Assembly (NCBI GenBank): GCA_016840855.1
Contig: JAEORO010000157.1
Coordinates: forward strand, 1-33,292
Reading direction: 5' to 3'
From: Candidatus Thorarchaeota archaeon
GTDB lineage: Archaea > Asgardarchaeota > Thorarchaeia > Thorarchaeales > Thorarchaeaceae
DNA length: 33,292 nt
Shown: piece after piece, positions 17,642-26,091 of the stretch
Position numbering within the stretch: position 1 is the stretch's first letter
Layout: each line of letters begins with the position of its first letter
The notes under the pieces: model-generated
The model's input: only the letters and a program-made list of their open reading frames with translations
What the model was told of the DNA's origin: nothing
The model's database searches: none
Position numbers and translations under genes: made by a program

Positions 17642-18145
17642 TTAATGTTTCATCTTGAACCAAGGAACAGCTCCGCCAGCTTTGAGTATCTCCAACATTC
17701 TTTCAGGCAGGGGGTTTCCATGAACAACATCTCCATTCCCTTTAACTGTCAAGGTGCCCTTCAATAGGTTGATACTTACAATTTCTCCATCTTTTACGAG
17801 CTTTGAGATATTTGGAATTATTAGTAGTGGAAGTCCTATGTTAAAGGAATTTCTATAAAAAATTCGGGCAAAAGACTCTGCTACGACGCAACTAATTCCA
17901 CTATGCATGAGGACTTTCGATGCTTCTTCACGAGAGGAGCCGCTACCAAAATTACGTCCTGCAACTATGATATCATTCTCCTTCACTTTCGATGCAAAAA
18001 GGGGTCTTGGTATTTCAAAAGTGTGTTTTGCCATTTCCTTATAGTCTAGGAGTGTCAGATATTGTCCTTGGATGATCTGGTCAGTGTTAATATTGTGACC
18101 AAAAACCCATGCTCTCCCACTGATGTTACTAAAATCCGTCCCCAT
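17642..18145 (-). CDS. leuD: 3-isopropylmalate dehydratase / homoaconitase small subunit
   Basis: GRAWVFG-NINTDQII, IVAGRNFGSGSSREEA, VVAESFARIFYRN-FNIGLP, ILKAGG. ATG 18145 (alternative GTG 18148) abuts the leuC stop. Confidence 0.88.
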   Translation of the reverse strand: MGTDFSNISGRAWVFGHNINTDQIIQGQYLTLLDYKEMAKHTFEIPRPLFASKVKENDIIVAGRNFGSGSSREEASKVLMHSGISCVVAESFARIFYRNSFNIGLPLLIIPNISKLVKDGEIVSINLLKGTLTVKGNGDVVHGNPLPERMLEILKAGGAVPWFKMKH

Positions 18146-18148
18146 CAC

Positions 18149-19414
18149 TTACACACTCCTAGGATCAGTGATTGTCCCTTTCAGAGCACTAGCTGCTACT
18201 GTTGCAGGAGATGCAAGATATATTCGAGAGTCCTGGTGGCCCATTCTTCCTCTAAAATTACGATTTGTGCTTGATATACAGACTTCACCTGCTCCTAGTA
18301 CTCCAAGATGACCTCCTACACAGGCTCCGCATGTTGAATTGGTAACAATTCCTCCTGCTTCCATAAGGATCTTAATGATTCCCCGCTCCAATGCTTCCAT
18401 GCATGTGGCTTTACTTGCTGGTGTAACTATGAATCGGACTCCATCATGTACTTTTTTCCCTTTGAGAATCTCTGCAGCGATGATTAAGTCTCCAATTCTT
18501 CCATTAGTACATGAACCAATGAATGCTTGATCAATTGGGACTCCCTCAACTTCAGCAACAGGTTTTCCATTCGTGGGTAAGTCCGGAGGTGCTACTATTG
18601 GTTCAAGAGGATTCTCATGAAGGTCGAAGTGTAAGTTATCCACAAACTCTGCATCCGTGTCACTAGCAACCTCCTTCCATTTCTTTTTAGGAGCATGATC
18701 CTCCATCCAAAACTTGACATCTTGATTGAGGGGCATTGGAGCACACTTCGCTCCAGCTTCCACAGTCATATTGCACATCGTCATTCTCTCACCCACACTC
18801 ATGGTTTCGATTGTTGACCCATGAAACTCCATGGATTGATAGTTCGCTCCATCGGGCCCAAGCTCACTGATTATCTTTAGTATTAGGTCTTTACTCATCA
18901 CCCTCTCAGGTAGGTCACCTGTGACTTCAATCTTCAATGTTTCTGGTACACGGAACCAACATTTTCCAGTAGCCAATATTAACGCAGAGTCAGTTGCAGC
19001 AAGTCCTGTGGAGAATGCATTGAATGCACCATAAGTGGTGGAATGGGAATCGCTTCCAATAATTGTGGCACCTGGAACAACCAGTCCCATCTCAGGAAGA
19101 ACTTGATGAGAAATCCCGCAGTCAACATCACAGAAATTAGTGATTCCTTGTTCTTTAACAAAATTCCTGTTTCTTCTGTGTATTTCTGCGCTGTTGATGT
19201 CTGATGCAGGTGCCCAATGATCGTTAACGACAAGAACCCTATTGGGGTTCCAAACCTTCTTGAATCCCATTTCCTTCAATATTGGTAGTATCCTCGAACC
19301 TAGAACTTCATGAACCATTAGCAAATCGATTCTTGCTTCGACAATCTCCCCAGCATATGCTTTTCCATCGTCTGTGTGACTTGCTAATATCTTCTCAGCT
19401 ATTGTATTTCCCAT
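18149..19414 (-). CDS. leuC: 3-isopropylmalate dehydratase / homoaconitase large subunit ([4Fe-4S] aconitase family)
   Basis: TIAEKILA, DH, G-DSHSTTYGA, TMCNM-VEAGAK, FIGSCTNGR, CGAC, STNRNFRGRMG, YLASPATVAASA. Confidence 0.9.
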   Translation of the reverse strand: MGNTIAEKILASHTDDGKAYAGEIVEARIDLLMVHEVLGSRILPILKEMGFKKVWNPNRVLVVNDHWAPASDINSAEIHRRNRNFVKEQGITNFCDVDCGISHQVLPEMGLVVPGATIIGSDSHSTTYGAFNAFSTGLAATDSALILATGKCWFRVPETLKIEVTGDLPERVMSKDLILKIISELGPDGANYQSMEFHGSTIETMSVGERMTMCNMTVEAGAKCAPMPLNQDVKFWMEDHAPKKKWKEVASDTDAEFVDNLHFDLHENPLEPIVAPPDLPTNGKPVAEVEGVPIDQAFIGSCTNGRIGDLIIAAEILKGKKVHDGVRFIVTPASKATCMEALERGIIKILMEAGGIVTNSTCGACVGGHLGVLGAGEVCISSTNRNFRGRMGHQDSRIYLASPATVAASALKGTITDPRSV

Positions 19415-19418
19415 AATT

Positions 19419-20561
19419 TCACCTCGCCATCTTTTGGATTATCGCATCAGTTACTTGTTTAGTTGTTGAGGGTTTTACTCTAGACCATTTTCCAACGCAG
19501 AGGTCTGGTGTCCTGATTTTGCCTTCCCGAAGAACTTCCTCAATAGATCCTCTAAGTTGTCTAGCAATTTTTATTGGTGTTTCATCATTATGCTTCTTAC
19601 CTATCCATTCAAACATCATAGCTGTAGAAAGCAATGATGCAATAGGGTTTGCTTTGCTGGTTCCTGCAATATCCGGAGCCGAGCCATGAACCGGTTCAAA
19701 GACGGCATGCGTGTTTCCAATGTTGCTTGAAGGTGCGACACCAAGTCCACCTTGTAATGCTCCTCCTAAATCGCTAATTATATCCCCAAACGCATTTGGA
19801 GCCACTATCACATCATAATGCTCTGGCTTTCTCAGAACCAAAAGTGTCCATGCATCAACATAGGCATAGTCTTTTGCAATGTCAGTGTATTCTCCACCAA
19901 TCTTATCAAACGACTCTCTAAAAAGTTGACAACCAGCTAGAAGGTTGCTTTTATCAACACATGTTACTCGTTTTACTTTATCAACTGGTGCTCCCATCCT
20001 ATTTCTAGCTAATTCGAATGCATACCGTGCTACCCTTTCAGAGCCTTTTGCTGTGATTAATCTCAAGTCGTAAGCAAACTCTCTATCAGTTTCCTTTACT
20101 CTCCCTCTGGCTGGATAATACAGTCCTTCTGTATTTTCACGAATAATGACCATATCAATATCTTTAGGTCCCTTTTCAGCAAGAGGTGTTGGCACGCCTT
20201 CGTATAGCTTCACAGGTCTAACATTTGCATAGAGTTCTAATTCCTGACGAAGACCGATAACAACACTGTATCCTGCTAAGTTACCGTCCGAACGTCTGAC
20301 CGTGGTTCCATCTGGACCTCTCGCTCCAATACCTCCAAGGAGAATTGCATCTGCTTTTGTCTTTGTGAAGTTCTCTGCTTCCTTTGACCACTCAAGACCA
20401 GTCCTTAAGAAATATTCACCTCCACATTCGAATTCATGAATCTCTAAAGTGAGATCACTCGTTGGTAAAATTGCTTCTCGAATTAGTCTGGTTGCCTCTG
20501 GAATTACCTCTCTACCAATACCATCTCCTGGTAAGACTGCTATTTTGTAAACTTGGCCCAC
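19419..20561 (-). CDS. leuB: Isocitrate/isopropylmalate (beta-decarboxylating) dehydrogenase family protein, likely LeuB
   Basis: IAVLPGDGIG, LRQELELYANVRP, IRENTEGLY, VDKSN, N-FGDIISD, FEPVHGSAPDIAG..KANP. GTG start with AGGTGA SD; first of leuB-leuC-leuD. Confidence 0.8.
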   Translation of the reverse strand: MGQVYKIAVLPGDGIGREVIPEATRLIREAILPTSDLTLEIHEFECGGEYFLRTGLEWSKEAENFTKTKADAILLGGIGARGPDGTTVRRSDGNLAGYSVVIGLRQELELYANVRPVKLYEGVPTPLAEKGPKDIDMVIIRENTEGLYYPARGRVKETDREFAYDLRLITAKGSERVARYAFELARNRMGAPVDKVKRVTCVDKSNLLAGCQLFRESFDKIGGEYTDIAKDYAYVDAWTLLVLRKPEHYDVIVAPNAFGDIISDLGGALQGGLGVAPSSNIGNTHAVFEPVHGSAPDIAGTSKANPIASLLSTAMMFEWIGKKHNDETPIKIARQLRGSIEEVLREGKIRTPDLCVGKWSRVKPSTTKQVTDAIIQKMAR

Positions 20562-20571
20562 GTTGAATCAC

Positions 20572-20925
20572 CTAGTAACTCCCTAACCATCCAAGGTCTT
20601 TCCCCTTGTCATCAATCAAATTAACTCTGGTTTCTAATCTTTCGCCATCTAAATAATGAATTACACATCGTATTGTGAATTGGCGATTACACTTTGTGCA
20701 CTCTACTAACCAATCTTCCGTGATTTCCAAATTACCATTATCAGGAATATCTTGTTCCTTTGGAGGTTCAACAAGTATCAATTCTTGTCCATCACAATCA
20801 TAGGTACATTCTTTCAGTGTTAAAGGTTCCATGCCTCTTCTACCAAGAGCAACAAACACTTTTTCTGGCAGTTCATCCAGTGAACGTGTTCCGGCCAAAG
20901 ATATCACCGCAATCGGACTTTGCAC
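20572..20925 (-). CDS. Small hypothetical Cys-containing (putative Zn-binding) protein heading the leuBCD-like operon
   Basis: 117 aa with ECTYDC and ECTKC motifs, 10 nt upstream of leuB. Confidence 0.7.
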   Translation of the reverse strand: MQSPIAVISLAGTRSLDELPEKVFVALGRRGMEPLTLKECTYDCDGQELILVEPPKEQDIPDNGNLEITEDWLVECTKCNRQFTIRCVIHYLDGERLETRVNLIDDKGKDLGWLGSY

Positions 20926-20962
20926 CAGTACGGATAAATGAGATGGTTGTTATGAAAACTAC

Positions 20963-21868
20963 ATGCGACTCGTCACATACGCAAGGATGGGTGTGCCTTC
21001 AATTGGCGTTGAACTGGAATCTGGTATTCTTGACATCCCAGATGCAGCCTCACACTTTGGACGAAAGTACCATGTTCGAGGTCACAGCTTTCCTACGACA
21101 ATGATGGACTTGCTACAATGGGAGTCAGGAATCGACGTAGTACGCCAAATTGTTCAGAGGTACAAGAAAACTCCTACAGGCGAGCGAATCATGACACGCC
21201 CTCTAAGTTCTGTGACACTAGATGCCCCAATATCACGTCCTGGTAAGATCATGGCTTTAGGAAAGAACTACCTGGATCATGTGGAAGAAACTGGTTCAGA
21301 AGTTCCTGCCTTTCCTGTTGTTTTTGCCAAGTTTCCATCTAGTGTGATTGGTCCAGATGATTCCATCCAAATTCCTGAGGTTTCATCAAAGATTGACTGG
21401 GAGGTGGAACTGGGCGTTGTTATAGGGAAAGCCTGTAAAAATGTTAGTGAGAAAAAGGCACTAGACTTTGTTGCTGGATACACAGTCATCAATGATGTGT
21501 CTGCTCGAGACCTCCAGCTGGACGATGGCCAATGGGTTCGTGCCAAATCACTTGACGGATTCTGCCCCATGGGACCATGCATTGTAACACAGGACGAATT
21601 AGGTGATGCTTCAAATTTGAAGATGCATACGAAAGTGAATGGTGCACTAAAGCAGGACTCATCCACATCAAAAATGATGTTCAGCGTACCTAAGATAGTA
21701 TCATACCTTTCCAACTCCTTCACACTCGAGCCTGGTGATGTGATAGCTACCGGTACTCCCTCAGGTGTTGGTTTTGTGAGAAATCCCCCAGAATTCTTGA
21801 AGCCCGGAGATAAAGTGGAGTTGTACATAGAAAAGATTGGGTATTTACGAAACAAAATCATCCAATAA
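20963..21868 (+). CDS. Fumarylacetoacetate hydrolase (FAH) family protein
   Basis: PGKI-ALGKNY-DH-EE, FAKFPSS, DWEVELGVVIGK, GYTVINDVSARD, AKSLDGFCPMGP, TLEPGDVIATGTPSGVG. Confidence 0.93.
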   Translation: MRLVTYARMGVPSIGVELESGILDIPDAASHFGRKYHVRGHSFPTTMMDLLQWESGIDVVRQIVQRYKKTPTGERIMTRPLSSVTLDAPISRPGKIMALGKNYLDHVEETGSEVPAFPVVFAKFPSSVIGPDDSIQIPEVSSKIDWEVELGVVIGKACKNVSEKKALDFVAGYTVINDVSARDLQLDDGQWVRAKSLDGFCPMGPCIVTQDELGDASNLKMHTKVNGALKQDSSTSKMMFSVPKIVSYLSNSFTLEPGDVIATGTPSGVGFVRNPPEFLKPGDKVELYIEKIGYLRNKIIQ

Positions 21869-21932
21869 ATTCTAGGAGTATGACTAGTATCATTATATTT
21901 GATACTATCACCGAAACTATTGCGGTGACCTT

Positions 21933-22478
21933 TTAGAGCCTGTTTGCTCTCTCTAGTGCATCTTGTGCCTCTTCGTATTCGAATAGCTTCTTGTGTGCGC
22001 GATTAAGCATCTCCCAAACTTCTTTGTCTTTTGGTTTTAATTTCAAGTATGCCTTACAAAATAGCTTCATATTCTCCCAATCGCTAAGTTCCTCGTAACA
22101 TAGTGCGCCATAGTATAATGCTCTTTTATGATCCAACTTTGGACCAGCCAAAGCCTTGAATATCTCAACAGCCGCCTCAAATTCCCCATTATCAAAATGC
22201 GATTTTCCTTCATCATACTTTATTTCCATCTCACTATACTCGGGAATTTTCTGTGTGTAAGATGCAACCATTGTTATTGCACTACAACATACCAAAATGG
22301 TACTGAGAAGAATTGCACCTCCTATTGTCATTACAGGGTCAATAGGAATGAAACCCTGTCCAGCTAGAAGGGCAAGGATAACACCTCCAACGAAAATAAT
22401 CACAACAGCTATCCCCACATACTTTGGAGGTAGCATTCTCATTCCTTCATCTTCAGTATCAGGAAATTGAGGTATCAT
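21933..22478 (-). CDS. Membrane-anchored tetratricopeptide repeat protein
   Basis: Two N-terminal hydrophobic segments followed by 2-3 TPR-like helical repeats (GKSHFDNGEFEAAVEIF; ALYYGALCYEELSDW...LKPKDKEVW). Confidence 0.75.
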   Translation of the reverse strand: MIPQFPDTEDEGMRMLPPKYVGIAVVIIFVGGVILALLAGQGFIPIDPVMTIGGAILLSTILVCCSAITMVASYTQKIPEYSEMEIKYDEGKSHFDNGEFEAAVEIFKALAGPKLDHKRALYYGALCYEELSDWENMKLFCKAYLKLKPKDKEVWEMLNRAHKKLFEYEEAQDALERANRL

Positions 22479-22529
22479 GACATGATGAGTTATAAAACTC
22501 CTTTTAGGTCTGGTGAATCAATCAATAAG

Positions 22530-23177
22530 TCAATCCGAATAATCAGACTCCTTAGAACCACTCTTTTCCAATCTTTTTTTCCTGTACTCAGCATCCTCTC
22601 TCTTTGAAGCTAACCGGTTTTTTGCCACGTTAATCCATTGACCAACCAATTTACTCAGACCGGGATCTAGTTGCATCGCCAATTCTGCATATGCAATCGC
22701 GCGTTCATCGTCTTCTTCTATGAAATGAGCATTAGCTTTGTTGTAAAATGCCTCAGCATAGTCTGGCTTTAATGCAACCGCTCTTGTGTATGCCTCTATA
22801 GCTGCTTCTCCATCTGCTAGTCTTGAATGGCAGTTACCAATATTATTCCACGCTTCTGCATCATCAGGATTGATCTCTAACGCCTCTTCGTAGCATTCTC
22901 GAGCTGCTTCAAAGTTTTTCATTTCGTATAGTGCCGCTCCTTTGTTGAACCAAATCTCGAAAATGAAGTTGTCAATTGATAGGGCTTCATCATACGCCTT
23001 GACAGCTTCTTCATACTGGCCTGCTTCAGTCAGAGCATAACCCAAATTGTACCATCCTTCAATGAGATCAGGCTTTTCTTCAACTAATTCTCTTAGAACC
23101 TCTATAGCTCTTTCAATTAATCCTGCATCCAAGAGCTTCAGGGCTTCTTGGAGCTTTTCATTACTATTTCCAGTCAA
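22530..23177 (-). CDS. Tetratricopeptide repeat protein (about 5 TPRs)
   Basis: WYNLGYAL..G.YEEA..YDEAL, WFNKG, INPDDAEAWNNIG, LKPDYAEAFYNKA. TTG start. Confidence 0.9.
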   Translation of the reverse strand: MTGNSNEKLQEALKLLDAGLIERAIEVLRELVEEKPDLIEGWYNLGYALTEAGQYEEAVKAYDEALSIDNFIFEIWFNKGAALYEMKNFEAARECYEEALEINPDDAEAWNNIGNCHSRLADGEAAIEAYTRAVALKPDYAEAFYNKANAHFIEEDDERAIAYAELAMQLDPGLSKLVGQWINVAKNRLASKREDAEYRKKRLEKSGSKESDYSD

Positions 23178-23228
23178 TGTGTTCTAGTTGTTTTTTCACT
23201 TTGTAGGAATAAGGATTCCGTAGTGGAC

Positions 23229-23651
23229 TTACTCCGATTTCACCATCCTTCTAGCTAGAATCGACAAGATGACTCCAATCCATGCCATTGATTGTGAAAT
23301 TAATAAGACAACATCTGTGAGACCTTCCACTCCTCCAACTTGGTATGCCTGCACCAGCATAATGATGAGTCCAATCAGTCCAATACCTGCGCCTAAACTA
23401 ATCACAAATTTCCCCGACTTGACTCGATTCAATGCAAAGAGAATTCCACCAATTATTACTGCTATTCCACCCAATGATGCTATATAGACTAGGAATGTCA
23501 ATAGCAGAGCCATTATTTCAGCAATAGCCGGAAAATATAGAGCTGCATATGCAGCAATATCTGCAATGAAGCCAATGCTACCTACCCAACCTACTTGAAA
23601 TAATAGTATCCCTCCAATAAGGGCTAATGCAATAGAAATGCTATTCCGCAA
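23229..23651 (-). CDS. Small hydrophobic membrane protein (about 4 TM)
   Basis: 140 aa, almost entirely hydrophobic and Gly-rich. TTG start with GGTGA SD. Confidence 0.75.
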   Translation of the reverse strand: MRNSISIALALIGGILLFQVGWVGSIGFIADIAAYAALYFPAIAEIMALLLTFLVYIASLGGIAVIIGGILFALNRVKSGKFVISLGAGIGLIGLIIMLVQAYQVGGVEGLTDVVLLISQSMAWIGVILSILARRMVKSE

Positions 23652-23683
23652 GATATCACCTACAATGATTAATGCAAACCAGT

Positions 23684-24562
23684 TTAATTCCCTTTCTCAT
23701 AAACTAACTTTGACACATCGCAAACAGTAGATTTCCTTTTGCGGTATGTGGACGGGCCATCATATCCTGCATGTTTTAGTATATCAAGTGCAGTCGTTAT
23801 GTCTTTACCAACATCTTCCGGTGAATGAGCATCGGATCCCATTGTGACTATTGTAATCCCTGCTTCCCTTAATGCTTGAATAATGCATTTCTCTGGCATA
23901 GGATGTTCCATGCCTCTTCGTAATGGGGAAGTATTGATTTCAAAACCAATCCCTTTTGCGAGCATTTTACTTGATAATTCCTTCAAGTGAGGTTTCCACA
24001 AACTGCGGATTTCACTACCATAGAAGGGTTCTCCATAACGCCGATAGAGGTCGATGTGTGCCAATACATCAAAAATCTCTAAGTCCATGGAATCGAGAAG
24101 AATCGAGTAATATTTCTCACCAAGCTCTTTCATCGAATACCTACTAAATACATCATCAGCCCTACCATTTGCTGAGATTGCTATGTGGTCAATCAAGTGT
24201 ACTGAGCCAATTATGAGATCGAACTCAGTAGAAAAAAATCCATCAGGGAGTGCATTTTGCACTTCAGGGTAACAGTCTACTTCTACGCCAAGTAATACTT
24301 GAAGACCATGTTCACTATAGACCTCTCCCATTCCACGAACAGTTGCTTCATAATCTTCTAACCAAACGTTTGATTTGACATCTAACTTTTTCCCTTTCAC
24401 ATTGACATAGCAGTCCTCTGCCACCCTGTCTGTGTCTAAATGAGTTGTAAATGCAATCTCCTTGAGACCTGCATTGAGAGCAGCTTTACAGAACTCCTCT
24501 ATTGATCCCTCTGCATCAATAGAGTAGTTGGGGTGGATATGGTAATCATACATCGTAATCAT
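23684..24562 (-). CDS. PHP-family histidinol-phosphatase (HisJ/HisK family)
   Basis: DYHIH..YS.DA, IAFTTH, GVEVD, DLIIGSVH, DVLAHIDL, FEINTS, GSDAHSP metal-binding motifs. Confidence 0.85.
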   Translation of the reverse strand: MITMYDYHIHPNYSIDAEGSIEEFCKAALNAGLKEIAFTTHLDTDRVAEDCYVNVKGKKLDVKSNVWLEDYEATVRGMGEVYSEHGLQVLLGVEVDCYPEVQNALPDGFFSTEFDLIIGSVHLIDHIAISANGRADDVFSRYSMKELGEKYYSILLDSMDLEIFDVLAHIDLYRRYGEPFYGSEIRSLWKPHLKELSSKMLAKGIGFEINTSPLRRGMEHPMPEKCIIQALREAGITIVTMGSDAHSPEDVGKDITTALDILKHAGYDGPSTYRKRKSTVCDVSKLVYEKGN

Positions 24563-24608
24563 CTCAGTACTAGCCCTATATCAGATTGCCTGAAGTGCAA
24601 GAAGCGTC

Positions 24609-25850
24609 CTATTCAGGACGTATCACAGGATCTAGGAATAAGTAGGAGTCAGTGACTGGTTCTGTTGGCTTGACCTCTTTCATTAATAGGGCAACTATTG
24701 TGGCCAGGGTTGTTGTAACTACGAGGAAGAGGATTGATGCTGATAAACCATAGATATCTCCTATCCATCCGAAGATTATTGGCGATATTGCTCCTGGAAT
24801 AGATCCCACCGAGAAGAGAAGACCAAATGCTAAACCCCTTGATGCTCTTGGACTTACTTCAGTTTGATATGCAGTGTTTGCAGGGACTCCAAGATAGAAA
24901 AAGAATCCAATGACAATAAGCACCATGATAAGTGCCAATTCACTCAATGCATAATTCAATAGAAGCAAAGCTGGAGTTGCCAATCCAGTGGAAACAATAA
25001 GAAATGGCACACGTCGACCGATTCTATCTGAGAGTGGTGCTGCAACCATTTCTCCCACAAGTCCAGCACTGAGCATTATTGTAGTTAGGTAACCCGCCCA
25101 TATTGGATCTACAGGATAGGTTGCCACAAGGTAGACCGGCATGAGTAATGAAGTGCATCTGAATGCCATTCCTCTTAGACCCATTAGTGTAAGACTTAAC
25201 CAGTAGCCAATTGTCCATCCATCAGTTCCTTTAGTTTCGTCTTCTCTGTCCATAAACCCTCTTTCGTAACCAGATCTAGAATACATCATTAGAAAGACTA
25301 CTGGGAACAATATTGCAATGCCAATGATGCTTAATAAGATGAGAGAGGGTCTCCAGCCTCCTAACAAAACCAGCAAGGTTACTCCAAGAAATGGAATGAC
25401 CGCCATACCAACAAGTCCTCCCATTGCCTGTATTCCTGTGGCTTTTGCAAGAGTTCTCTGTGGAAATTTCTCTGCAAGAGCAGGAAATACACTTGGGTGA
25501 TAGCCAGAGGCACCCAAACCAAGGAATGCTTGAAAGACCGCAAGAATCAAAAAATCACTAGAGAAGCTCGTCAATAACATTGCAAGAGAGCTAAAAAGGA
25601 CACTCCCTGTGATAAAGCGATCTCGCCAACGCCAACCTCGATCCCCAAGATATCCAACCAGCAAATGCGAAGTGGTCATCGCAACCACTGCAGCGCTTGT
25701 AATAATTCCAATCTGAGTGTAGTTTAATGAAAGTTCAATCTGAATGAGTGGAAGAAAAGGCGAAAGTGCTCCGGTGTAAATATGGTTGAGAAAGTGTGTC
25801 AGTGTGCATGCTGCAAGAACCGCATAGGAGGCTTTTGTGATTCTAGACAA
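24609..25850 (-). CDS. MFS transporter (12 TM)
   Basis: THFLNH...PFLPLI, GYLGDR, G-SGYHP, PLSDRIGRR (MFS motif A), RGLAFG, P-IFGWIGD-YG. TTG start. Confidence 0.9.
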   Translation of the reverse strand: MSRITKASYAVLAACTLTHFLNHIYTGALSPFLPLIQIELSLNYTQIGIITSAAVVAMTTSHLLVGYLGDRGWRWRDRFITGSVLFSSLAMLLTSFSSDFLILAVFQAFLGLGASGYHPSVFPALAEKFPQRTLAKATGIQAMGGLVGMAVIPFLGVTLLVLLGGWRPSLILLSIIGIAILFPVVFLMMYSRSGYERGFMDREDETKGTDGWTIGYWLSLTLMGLRGMAFRCTSLLMPVYLVATYPVDPIWAGYLTTIMLSAGLVGEMVAAPLSDRIGRRVPFLIVSTGLATPALLLLNYALSELALIMVLIVIGFFFYLGVPANTAYQTEVSPRASRGLAFGLLFSVGSIPGAISPIIFGWIGDIYGLSASILFLVVTTTLATIVALLMKEVKPTEPVTDSYLFLDPVIRPE

Positions 25851-25932
25851 ATCCTGATGTCACTTCCAGTTTTATCAATCGCTGAAATACTCCTATGTTA
25901 AGCATGCTGGTATAGATGATTACATAAAACTC

Positions 25933-26020
25933 AAAGAAAAAAGATCGGTGAGCCGGTGACACGATAGAATACCATGCCACCAGCATATTCCGACTTCGAC
26001 TCGGAAAGGTTGTTAGTGGC
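25933..26020 (-). ncRNA. Candidate structured ncRNA / cis-regulatory leader upstream of the MFS gene
   Basis: A 15-bp stem with four G.U pairs that form only on the minus strand, a competing alternative stem, an inner 6-bp hairpin, an upstream TATA box and a downstream U-tract. Confidence 0.5.
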
Positions 26021-26034
26021 TAGGTAAAATCCCC

Positions 26035-26047
26035 TTTTATATATAAA
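26035..26047 (-). promoter_or_regulatory. Archaeal TATA box
   Basis: TTTATATATAAA (palindromic); its 5' edge is about 27 nt upstream of the first base (26020) of the structured element on the minus strand. Confidence 0.55.
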
Positions 26048-26091
26048 GACCAAACTATCGGCAATCATAGTGTTTCAAAATACACCTTGTA

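Noticed and set aside
21277-21861. 194-aa minus-strand ORF
   Set aside because: Lies entirely antisense to the well-supported FAH gene.
25943-26020. tRNA, tRNA-Sec or SECIS interpretation of the structured element (TTCGA present on +)
   Set aside because: No cloverleaf, acceptor stem or anticodon arm can be built. There is no AUGA/GA SECIS core and no in-frame UGA candidate in neighbouring genes.
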